From: an uncultured virus (IMG/VR IMGVR_UViG_3300020214_001677)
Lineage: Duplodnaviria; Heunggongvirae; Uroviricota; Caudoviricetes
Direction: 5' to 3' (one strand)
Virus record (IMG/VR): IMGVR_UViG_3300020214_001677
DNA: 20,000 nt
The position numbers and the translations under genes were made by a program. The notes under the pieces were generated by a model. The model was given only the letters and a program-made list of their open reading frames with translations, made no database searches and was not told where the DNA came from. Shown one piece after another: positions 1 through 6,854 of this stretch; position 1 is the stretch's first letter; the number at the start of each line of letters is the position of its first letter.

Positions 1-261
1 ACGGGCTTTTTTAATCTCTAAAGATCCTGAAGTGGATTTATTCAGATTCTGAGTAATCCATAATAAGTTATGACCCTGTTCGTTTGGCAATACGACGGAT
101 ATGTAACCATCATGAGCTGGTACAAAAGGCGTGTACTTCTGGCCGCCCCGCTCAATGAAAGATTCTCTATTCCATAATGCATGATGAACTCTAAGAATAG
201 AAACTATCTTAGGGTCATCTGTCATTGGTAGGCGTTTAGAATCCATGAGCTGCGTTGACAT
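1..261 (-). CDS. Hypothetical protein, 5' part only (runs off the left edge)
   Basis: Open frame from ATG at 261 (MSTQLMDSKRLPMTDDPKIVSILRVHHALWNRESF...LEIKKAR) to position 1 with no stop; AAGAAAGG upstream. Not in the ORF track because it is truncated. Confidence 0.65.
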   Translation of the reverse strand, partial: MSTQLMDSKRLPMTDDPKIVSILRVHHALWNRESFIERGGQKYTPFVPAHDGYISVVLPNEQGHNLLWITQNLNKSTSGSLEIKKAR

Positions 262-450
262 ATGATAATGAACCTTTCTTAAGTTGGATATAGTTCTGGC
301 GATTCACAGGGGGAGTAGGAATCGGGAACATGTTAGGATAAATGGAGGGAATCCTACAAGGTTGGTCTTCATCCACACATTTTTGTTATGTGCCCAGAAA
401 CTATACCGAATTGGCTGACGCAACAGCCGATACTTTTAGTTTCCATTTTG

Positions 451-523
451 CGCCCTGGGTAGGAGTCGAACCTACGACCTGCGGATTAGAAGTCCGTTGC
501 TCTATCCACTGAGCTACCAGGGC
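451..523 (-). tRNA. tRNA-Arg, anticodon UCU; CCA not encoded
   Basis: Minus strand reads GCCCTGGTAGCTCAGTGGATAGAGCAACGGACTTCTAATCCGCAGGTCGTAGGTTCGACTCCTACCCAGGGCG: acceptor GCCCTGG/CCAGGGC, D arm GCTC/GAGC, anticodon loop CT-TCT-AA, T loop GGTTCGACTCC; followed by CAA. Confidence 0.96.
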
Positions 524-955
524 AGGCCGCCCGCAAAAATTTTTATAATTTTTACGTATATGCTAATAGGGATAGAGTATATGCTTGTAGGAATATAAAG
601 ATATCCCCACTGTTCACCACTACAACCCACTGAGAGTTAATCGAAGTTGTGATCCAAGGGTATTTTTATTCTACAAGCCTTTTTGTTCCACTTCTTTTTT
701 TTATCCTGTATGGTAACAGCACGTAGGCGTACTCCATTTTTGAAGTCTTTGCGATCCTGATCATTCCATTTGTTGGGCAATTTAGCCATAACATTACCGC
801 CTTTGATATTGATATAGTATGTTGATAATACAAAATATAATAAAAGTATAATGGGTTCAGGCCCGAGAGAGCCTTTAATTTTACTTTTAATAACATTTTA
901 TTCTAATACTGATATTTATTTAAGTTTAATAATAAAAAGTCCTTTTAAGTAAATC

Positions 956-1000
956 GAGCTACGAGGTCACAATATAGGGGCATATTTAACCTCGTAGCTC
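956..1000 (-). terminator. Inverted repeat downstream of the HicA-like gene; probable terminator or stabilising hairpin
   Basis: Perfect 12-bp arms GAGCTACGAGGT (956-967) / ACCTCGTAGCTC (989-1000), plus inner AATAT/ATATT; lies 17 nt after the stop codon; U-tract is weak. Confidence 0.5.
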
Positions 1001-1017
1001 TAACAAACTTTTCCTTG

Positions 1018-1248
1018 TTATTTGACTTTAAGAGTAGATTGAAGAGTTATGTTATAATATTTTTTGAAGTCACGGCGTATTGGGTGTAACGCTGATTCTG
1101 TGCCGTGAGTTGTGTATATCGGGCCCGGAATTGTGGAAGGGGGGACAATCCGGTATGCGCCTGATTTCTTCTGTTCTACTACAAAGCCAAGTCTTCTCAG
1201 CTCCCGAAAGACTTCTTTGATGGCTTTGGATTGATGTTGCTTTGGCAT
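1018..1248 (-). CDS. HicA-like (dsRBD-fold) small protein
   Basis: Pattern KEVFRELRRLGFVVEQKKSGAYRIVPP...IYTTHGTES...IRRDFKK resembles phage HicA-like proteins (helix-G-F-strand, K-S-G-[H]-Y-x-I); RBS AAGGAG. Ala is at the usual His position. Confidence 0.6.
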   Translation of the reverse strand: MPKQHQSKAIKEVFRELRRLGFVVEQKKSGAYRIVPPSTIPGPIYTTHGTESALHPIRRDFKKYYNITLQSTLKVK

Positions 1249-1297
1249 ACATTGCTCCTTGTAAGTTTGGATAATTTTGGTATTGCTTGCTGAATAT

Positions 1298-1327
1298 ACT
1301 ATAGCATATATTCTTTTTTAGATGCAA
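1298..1327 (-). promoter_or_regulatory. Host sigma70/sigmaA-type promoter (extended -10) for the HicA-like gene
   Basis: Minus strand TTGCAT-N18-TATAGT, with TG-n immediately before the -10 hexamer, about 50 nt upstream of the ATG at 1248. Confidence 0.5.
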
Positions 1328-1356
1328 CACCTAAAAGAACTTTTTTCTGGGGCCCC

Positions 1357-1450
1357 CCGAAAAATTCGGTGACCAGAGGACTAATAAAAATAAAAATATT
1401 TATTACCGTAAAGGACCGAATTTTTTCGGTACCCAGAAGACTAAAAATAT
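1357..1450. repeat. Two imperfect direct repeats, each containing a CCGAA-N3-4-TTCGG palindrome
   Basis: ccgaa-aaa-ttcggtgaccagaggactaa (from 1357) and ccgaa-tttt-ttcggtacccagaagactaa (from 1416) in AT-rich DNA. Confidence 0.65.
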
Positions 1451-1511
1451 TTTTTGTTACTGCTACCCTATAGCCTTATATATACTATAGAGTAGACAGT
1501 ACACATTCGTT

Positions 1512-1742
1512 CTATAGATCGTGATTGTAACCGATAAACCTGAGTCGTTTGGATTGAACCAAGTCGTCTACACATTCGTCACACACAATGCCGGCAAATT
1601 TAGAGGTATCAAACTCACTACCATAATGAGCATTGATCCTGATGTCACAGCCACCATTGAGGTTGGTGGCGTTGTTTTCCCATAGGTGCATTACTGCTTT
1701 TTCACAAATGATACATGGTGTTAATGGTGGGCGTTTTGTCAT
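1512..1742 (-). CDS. Small putative zinc-binding phage protein
   Basis: CIIC ... HYGSEFD ... CDEC (CxxC / YGSxxD / CDxC pattern); RBS AAAGGAG. Confidence 0.75.
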   Translation of the reverse strand: MTKRPPLTPCIICEKAVMHLWENNATNLNGGCDIRINAHYGSEFDTSKFAGIVCDECVDDLVQSKRLRFIGYNHDL

Positions 1743-1827
1743 TGTTTGCTCCTTTTTGAATTAGTAAAATTTTTTTTATAGGGGTTTGTGGGTGATAGTG
1801 CAAGGACACTACCACCCACTACTACCT

Positions 1828-2109
1828 TTAACGCGTCAAAGCGTCAGTGATTTCATCTACGGTTTTAGTAGCGACCACGATGGCAAATGCCGAACCAACG
1901 ACATTCAACCATTGATCTCCACCAAATCCATAGGCTCCCAGAATGCTGACATCTGCTGCCCAGACCGTCAAGACGGTCAACACCGGAAACAGAACTTCAG
2001 GCTTTCCTAGGTATGGAACCTTCTGCAGGAACGGAAGATAATTGAGAATTGCATCAGTGGCAAACGCCACAGCAAAACCCAAGAACACCGCCAAGGCAAT
2101 CGGGTACAT
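1828..2109 (-). CDS. Small membrane protein, possibly holin-like
   Basis: Three hydrophobic segments; start MYPIAL at 2109 preferred because AAAGGTAGG lies upstream. Confidence 0.65.
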   Translation of the reverse strand: MYPIALAVFLGFAVAFATDAILNYLPFLQKVPYLGKPEVLFPVLTVLTVWAADVSILGAYGFGGDQWLNVVGSAFAIVVATKTVDEITDALTR

Positions 2110-2230
2110 AAATAGCCTACCTTTCATTAGGGCTAGTATTATTTTTTATTATTATAAGTATTGGTGGTGTCCCCGCCAGATGGGCTTTTTGCTCTGATGG
2201 CAACTAACTGGCGGGAACAACACCTTCTAC

Positions 2231-3268
2231 TTAGAACGGTGCAACCGTGGTGTCAACCTGTACTGCGACAGATGCGTTGGCTGGCTTGTTGGTCGAGTTA
2301 GACCAGACATCCAGATCCACGTTACCATTGGCAGTCACAACCGTCCAACGACCACACGGTGCGTTGGTTGCGTTGTACTTGTCTCTGGTAACTTTCTCAC
2401 CATTGGCTTGCACATCAACCTGACGAGAAGCACCAGACCAGATCACTGGGTACTGACGGCTCATGTCAAGTTCGTTCTTGATCTTGGCTTCGTGCAGTTT
2501 GACATCCGCTTGGGACATCTCGGCTGCCTTCTCCTGAATCTGCTTGGACAGGATGCTCGCTGCGGTCTTGTGTTCAATGACACGCACGAGGTTGCTGAAC
2601 ACCGCGTCAACGATGTCAATGAAACCCTGACCAGTGGTGGACTGCTTGCGGTCGGCTGAACCCAACTCGAAGGCAACCACTTCCAGACCCTGATTGGCTT
2701 TCATGTCATAGCAGGTGTGGAAACGCGGATTCTTGTGCAGCGTTGCCAGATCGTCAATACCACCTGCCGCCTTGAAGATTTCCACCGCGTGGGCGAAACC
2801 GTTCTGGCTGGCACCCATCTGTTGGAACATCAGTGGCATACCGTCGCTGAGGCCCTTGATCAGGTTGGTGTCGTTGAGGATCTTACGCACGTCATCAAGG
2901 CTCTTGCCCTTGGCGCTCTCAAGAATGAGGGTTTCGATCAACTCACTCAGCGTCATTACCTGACCGCCGAGTTCGACTTCAACCTTCAACTTGACTGGCT
3001 TGAACACGCCACCAAAGACTTGGCTGATACGGGGCTCTGCGTTCTGGCGGCGGACTTCGTGGTCACGAACCGTCAGACGAGTCCAGAATGCGGACTCCAG
3101 AGTCGCATAGGTGTCAATGGCATTGCCGTTGATGGAACCCTTGACCTTGACGCGCTTGTCCTTGATCAACTTGACGGTTGAGCTCTGGGACTTGAGCGCA
3201 TCGGGGTTCTCGGTGACAACAGCGAATGTGTCGCTCTTGATACCGAACTTGTTGCTTAGTGTGGACAT
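2231..3268 (-). CDS. Hypothetical 345-aa protein with flexible tail ending VAPF
   Basis: Long ORF with RBS AAAGGA; no family recognised. Confidence 0.85.
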   Translation of the reverse strand: MSTLSNKFGIKSDTFAVVTENPDALKSQSSTVKLIKDKRVKVKGSINGNAIDTYATLESAFWTRLTVRDHEVRRQNAEPRISQVFGGVFKPVKLKVEVELGGQVMTLSELIETLILESAKGKSLDDVRKILNDTNLIKGLSDGMPLMFQQMGASQNGFAHAVEIFKAAGGIDDLATLHKNPRFHTCYDMKANQGLEVVAFELGSADRKQSTTGQGFIDIVDAVFSNLVRVIEHKTAASILSKQIQEKAAEMSQADVKLHEAKIKNELDMSRQYPVIWSGASRQVDVQANGEKVTRDKYNATNAPCGRWTVVTANGNVDLDVWSNSTNKPANASVAVQVDTTVAPF

Positions 3269-3361
3269 AATATGTTTTTTTCCTTTGTTATTTGTTGTTT
3301 GATATGATATGATGTATTGCTGAAGGAAAGTTCACTGCTGAACGATCCCCTATTTTGTATT

Positions 3362-3562
3362 TCAATCGCTTGATTCAGGAACGATTGGTGTGGACTTTTC
3401 GCCACCAGCCTGTTCCTTGTAACCAGCAACGAAGTCGTCTTTGGCCGTTACCAATGTTGACTTTGTCTTGCTGATCGCAGCCTTACCACCACTCTTGGTG
3501 GACTTGGCGAGGTTCTTTGTTTGGGCGGTTGTCTTGCCCAACAGTTTACCTAACTTACGCAT
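3362..3562 (-). CDS. Small Lys/Thr-rich hypothetical protein
   Basis: 66-aa ORF with RBS AAAGAGGT. Confidence 0.7.
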   Translation of the reverse strand: MRKLGKLLGKTTAQTKNLAKSTKSGGKAAISKTKSTLVTAKDDFVAGYKEQAGGEKSTPIVPESSD

Positions 3563-3585
3563 GACATTACCTCTTTCTTTTGTTG

Positions 3586-3657
3586 TTAGAATTCTTCGTA
3601 TGTTCCGAATATTGCATCCATTAGTTCAGTGATTAGATCGAACAACCAATCGAACAC
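3586..3657 (-). CDS. 23-aa acidic amphipathic peptide MFDWLFDLITELMDAIFGTYEEF
   Basis: GTG start preceded by a strong RBS AAGGGAGGTG, just downstream of the class B motif at 3680. Confidence 0.5.
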   Translation of the reverse strand: MFDWLFDLITELMDAIFGTYEEF

Positions 3658-3720
3658 GCATCACCTCCCTTCAATATGACCCCTATTTTCCTAGGAATTT
3701 TTAAAACAGGAAGGCTAGTG

Positions 3721-3816
3721 TTATTTTTTTCTATTGTCATTAGCCTTGGCCAATCCGACTAAGGCTATGATAATAAGATTTAGAATGATTGCCACGAATA
3801 TTCCCGGTAACAGCAT
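3721..3816 (-). CDS. 31-aa single-TM peptide MLLPGIFVAIILNLIIIALVGLAKANDNRKK
   Basis: TAATG stop/start coupling with the upstream ORF; one hydrophobic helix plus a charged tail. Confidence 0.6.
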   Translation of the reverse strand: MLLPGIFVAIILNLIIIALVGLAKANDNRKK

Positions 3817-3911
3817 TACGAGCTCTGCTTTCGCCGGAACTTGTATGCTGCACCAGAAATTAGGAATGCAATCGTGGTGACGATCAAACCAATTTTAGTG
3901 ATCGGTTTCAT
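3816..3911 (-). CDS. 31-aa single-TM peptide MKPITKIGLIVTTIAFLISGAAYKFRRKQSS
   Basis: ATGA overlap with the stop of 3908..4228; RBS GAGGAG; hydrophobic core and basic tail. Confidence 0.65.
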   Translation of the reverse strand: MKPITKIGLIVTTIAFLISGAAYKFRRKQSS

Positions 3912-4228
3912 GAGTACAACTCCTCTTTACGAACTTCACCCAGCATTTCGTACAAACCTGCACGATAGTTGTCCACAATGGCTTTTGCCTGTTCGAAATT
4001 CGCACAGGGCATCGTGTAGTCGAAGTGGTCTGACGAGTCACCAGTTGGTGATTGAACGGCGAACTCGATCTGGCTGAAAGAAGGGAACCTATCCAAGGTT
4101 TTGTACCACATCGCATTGAACGAAGTGATCATACCCTTGGGCATGGACTTTCCGTCTTTGCGGTAGACAAAGAACCCGTAGATACTGCTGCTATCGGTGT
4201 CGTACTGGTTTTCGTGGAATATGTACAT
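3908..4228 (-). CDS. Hypothetical 106-aa protein
   Basis: Translationally coupled at both ends (TAATG and ATGA). Confidence 0.75.
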   Translation of the reverse strand: MYIFHENQYDTDSSSIYGFFVYRKDGKSMPKGMITSFNAMWYKTLDRFPSFSQIEFAVQSPTGDSSDHFDYTMPCANFEQAKAIVDNYRAGLYEMLGEVRKEELYS

Positions 4229-4362
4229 TATTCACTCTCTTTCTTTTTGGCTTTGGGATTGTGTATACCGGGATTTGCTTTGCGGCGGGCAGAACGACGC
4301 TTGTTCTTTTCCTTCAAGCGTTCGGATTCCTTCCACCATTTGGTGTTTTCAGGGCTGGCCAT
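4228..4362 (-). CDS. 44-aa highly basic peptide MASPENTKWWKESERLKEKNKRRSARRKANPGIHNPKAKKKESE
   Basis: RBS AAGGAG; its stop overlaps the next start (TAATG at 4228). Confidence 0.6.
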   Translation of the reverse strand: MASPENTKWWKESERLKEKNKRRSARRKANPGIHNPKAKKKESE

Positions 4363-4555
4363 ACTTCATCTCCTTGTTCACATAGTGATCGTAGACGGAC
4401 TGCATTTCTTCGGTCTTGAAACCATCCTTGGTCCTTTTGCTTGGAACCTTGTCCTTGGTCACAAACAAACCGACGATGAACATTACCGAAAATGCGATGA
4501 CCATCCAGATTAGTTGAGCACGCATTACTGCTTTGGTTAACTTCCATGATGACAT
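4349..4555 (-). CDS. 68-aa protein with one TM segment
   Basis: Hydrophobic LIWMVIAFSVMFIVGLFV; TAATG coupling with the upstream ORF. Confidence 0.7.
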   Translation of the reverse strand: MSSWKLTKAVMRAQLIWMVIAFSVMFIVGLFVTKDKVPSKRTKDGFKTEEMQSVYDHYVNKEMKYGQP

Positions 4556-4728
4556 TACTTTACCCCTTTGTTGTTGAATATTTTCTTAGCCCACTGCCTA
4601 TCAGCATAGTGAGGATCAATTGCATCGATACGATCAAGTATCGTGTATTCAAGTTTGCTCAATTTGACGGATATGCGCCAACAAGCATTCTTTAATTTCC
4701 ACATTACTGGCAATAACAAATATTTCAT
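4555..4728 (-). CDS. 57-aa hypothetical protein MKYLLLPVMWKLK...FNNKGVK
   Basis: Starts 5 nt after the class B motif at 4734; stop coupled to the next start. Confidence 0.6.
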   Translation of the reverse strand: MKYLLLPVMWKLKNACWRISVKLSKLEYTILDRIDAIDPHYADRQWAKKIFNNKGVK

Positions 4729-4742
4729 AATTACCCCTATTT

Positions 4743-4964
4743 TTAGTGCGATTTTGGAATACCAAGTATATCCGCCCCGTCGTCCTCAATGATGGAAACC
4801 CAAACAATGCGGCACGAATCACAAACCCAGTGTTTGCGCGTGTCATCAATGATCAAGCGACAATCACGTACACTGCGTTCTTCAGTGAGTGTCAGTTGTT
4901 TTACTCTCATCGGAACATTGTGTATCGTGCACTCGGGCACCAAATCTGTCCATTCTTGCGTCAT
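4743..4964 (-). CDS. Small putative zinc-ribbon protein
   Basis: CTIH ... CDSC; directly downstream of the class B motif at 4973. Confidence 0.65.
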   Translation of the reverse strand: MTQEWTDLVPECTIHNVPMRVKQLTLTEERSVRDCRLIIDDTRKHWVCDSCRIVWVSIIEDDGADILGIPKSH

Positions 4965-5362
4965 GAAACACCCCCCTATTTTTCTAGTGTAAATTTTTAG
5001 AATTATAATCTAATAAAAAATTTTTTAAATAGCATACTATTGCACTTTGTGCCTTGGTATGCCAGCAAGGAGTTCCTGATGCTGCAATTACACCATTGAT
5101 GAATTTATGGGACATCAATCTCCCATTAGATGGCAACTAATTATAAGCGCCCTATCTGCTGCTTCGAAGATATCAACAGATTCCGACATCCTTTGGGACG
5201 GGCCAGCCCAGTTCACAATAAGTTTCGTTTATCCTGTACGGAACTTCCACTAAGGGGCCGACACAGAATAAACCCGGACAATCCAACCATTCTCCGCTAA
5301 CATCGGTTCTTCGCCCGATGGCATAACCCTGAAATGTGATTACGGTTGTTCAGGGAAACATC

Positions 5363-5569
5363 TTATACGTTATTGTCCTCCGGGATTGAGGAAGCTGCCA
5401 TCACATTGAAGAGATGGAACTCTTGTTCTGCACTTTGGTACTTGTCCCACTTGGAAGAAGGTGCGTTCTCAACGATGCTGACGATTTCCGCCAACACCTG
5501 AGACCTATCTCCCCGCTTGGGAATCATTACTTCAAACGGAATTACTGGATTCACTGATTGCTTAGGCAT
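5363..5569 (-). CDS. 68-aa hypothetical protein (start MPKQSVN)
   Basis: RBS GGAGG before the ATG at 5569; the longer 115-aa call would run through the class B motif and a long hairpin. Confidence 0.65.
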   Translation of the reverse strand: MPKQSVNPVIPFEVMIPKRGDRSQVLAEIVSIVENAPSSKWDKYQSAEQEFHLFNVMAASSIPEDNNV

Positions 5570-5722
5570 GATGCCCTCCATTGTTGACTTGGATACTACC
5601 CCTATTTTTTTTGTATTACCATTCAAGAACCCACACGAAAAGACAGCCCAGCCCGACGGTGAGAAGTGCGTAGCACCGCCGGACTGGGTGTCCCCAAGGA
5701 GGGTTAGCAAGAAATCATACGC

Positions 5723-5989
5723 CTAGTCCCGAAAGACTTGAAAACCCTGCAAGGGCTGTTGTTCGATTGCCCACATTGCGTCATAGCACTGTGGATGAAC
5801 ACCATTGATCATGAACTCACGCTCACCTGGTGTCTTGTCAGGAAAGACATGTTGAATGAACTGACCCATTACCTGCCAAGCATTCCACTGGGCAAGAGTA
5901 ATCTGGTACATACCTTCTGTCTTGCAATGAACACAGAAGTTGTGCACGACCACCACATCATCCTCGAATTCTACTTTTGTCGCTATCAC
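5723..5989 (-). CDS. 88-aa putative metal-binding phage protein
   Basis: CVHC ... IQHVFP ... EREFMING-HPQC pattern; GTG start with RBS GGGGAGGT. Confidence 0.75.
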   Translation of the reverse strand: MIATKVEFEDDVVVVHNFCVHCKTEGMYQITLAQWNAWQVMGQFIQHVFPDKTPGEREFMINGVHPQCYDAMWAIEQQPLQGFQVFRD

Positions 5990-6034
5990 GGGTTTACCTC
6001 CCCATTGTCGATTTGATGACTAGACCAATTTTTT

Positions 6035-6068
6035 TGTTGGCAGGGGGGCCGAAGCCCCCCCACCAACA
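6035..6068 (-). terminator. GC hairpin with UUCG loop after the SSB-like gene; followed by an A-tract rather than a U-tract
   Basis: Minus GGGGGGC-TTCG-GCCCCCC, extended by TGTTGG/CCAACA. Confidence 0.45.
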
Positions 6069-6083
6069 CATTCCGCCGTTCGG

Positions 6084-6596
6084 TCAGAACGGTGCGTCAC
6101 TGCTCTCAGCGACCACCACTGGCCGCGTCGGCTGCGACATCCGACTCTTCAGCGCTGCGAACGCTGCGTTGTCCATCTTCACCGCTGCTGGCCTGCTCCG
6201 CTGGTAGGTCTCAACCACGAAGTTCACGGGGTACACCGTGATTTGCGGGTGGACGCTGCCATCCTTGTAGGTCAACTCGGTGGTCTTCCCCAACACGATG
6301 TCGTCGCACAAGACGCGCAACACACCCTTCGGGTTGATTCCACCAGTCGCACTGCGAACCACTTCGTCCACATAGGACTTCAGGTTCACTGAGTGCTTGG
6401 CACCGTCCACTTCCACGGTCAACTGGTCATCTTCGTTGATTGCCCAGTTGTACGCGTTGACCTGACGGTCTTCCGCCGAAACGGCATCAAAGCCAACAGG
6501 CCCAACTAGCACCTGCCAGAATCGCTTGCCCGTCTCGGTGTTCACTCGCTCCTGCCAATCGTTGTTGGCATAGAGCGCCTTCAGTATCTGCTTCAT
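6084..6596 (-). CDS. 170-aa beta-rich protein with acidic tail ESSDAPF; possible ssDNA-binding protein
   Basis: RBS AAGGAG before MKQILK at 6596; low-complexity linker and an acidic-Pro-Phe C-terminus like bacterial SSB tips. Function is inferred. Confidence 0.6.
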   Translation of the reverse strand: MKQILKALYANNDWQERVNTETGKRFWQVLVGPVGFDAVSAEDRQVNAYNWAINEDDQLTVEVDGAKHSVNLKSYVDEVVRSATGGINPKGVLRVLCDDIVLGKTTELTYKDGSVHPQITVYPVNFVVETYQRSRPAAVKMDNAAFAALKSRMSQPTRPVVVAESSDAPF

Positions 6597-6854
6597 ATTG
6601 CTGCGGCTCCTTGACCGCTTTGCCACTTTCTTACGCAGGCAGTGACCGCCTGAAGAGGCTCGGGAATGAGCCCCTATTTTCAGAGTCAAACCCGTTCAGC
6701 AACGCCAAACGGGAAAAGACCCCTATTTTGCGCGTTAGACCCGTAGGAAGAGTCAACACGCAACAACCCAAGCCAGCCAAGCAACCAAGAGCCTAGCCAG
6801 CCAGAGAGACCTATTTAGAATACCCATAGGTATTCACAATCAATGAAGGGTTAA

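Larger units (their letters stand above)
3347..6729 (-). promoter_or_regulatory. Seven exact copies of AAAATAGGGG (plus strand CCCCTATTTT); putative phage-specific promoter, class B
   Basis: Copies start at 3347, 3680, 4734, 4973, 5599, 6671 and 6720. All share one orientation and lie upstream of minus-strand genes; several have a separate RBS downstream. None seen elsewhere in the window. Confidence 0.7.

Noticed and set aside
451..523. tRNA as a prophage attachment site
   Set aside because: No duplicated tRNA 3' end, no integrase and no host genes in the window; it looks phage-encoded.
666..896. 76-aa minus-strand ORF
   Set aside because: Very AT-rich DNA, no clear RBS and atypical composition; cannot be supported.
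3347..6729. AAAATAGGGG as merely a Shine-Dalgarno sequence
   Set aside because: Only the copies at 4734 and 4973 are at RBS distance; the others are about 20-125 nt from starts that have their own RBS.
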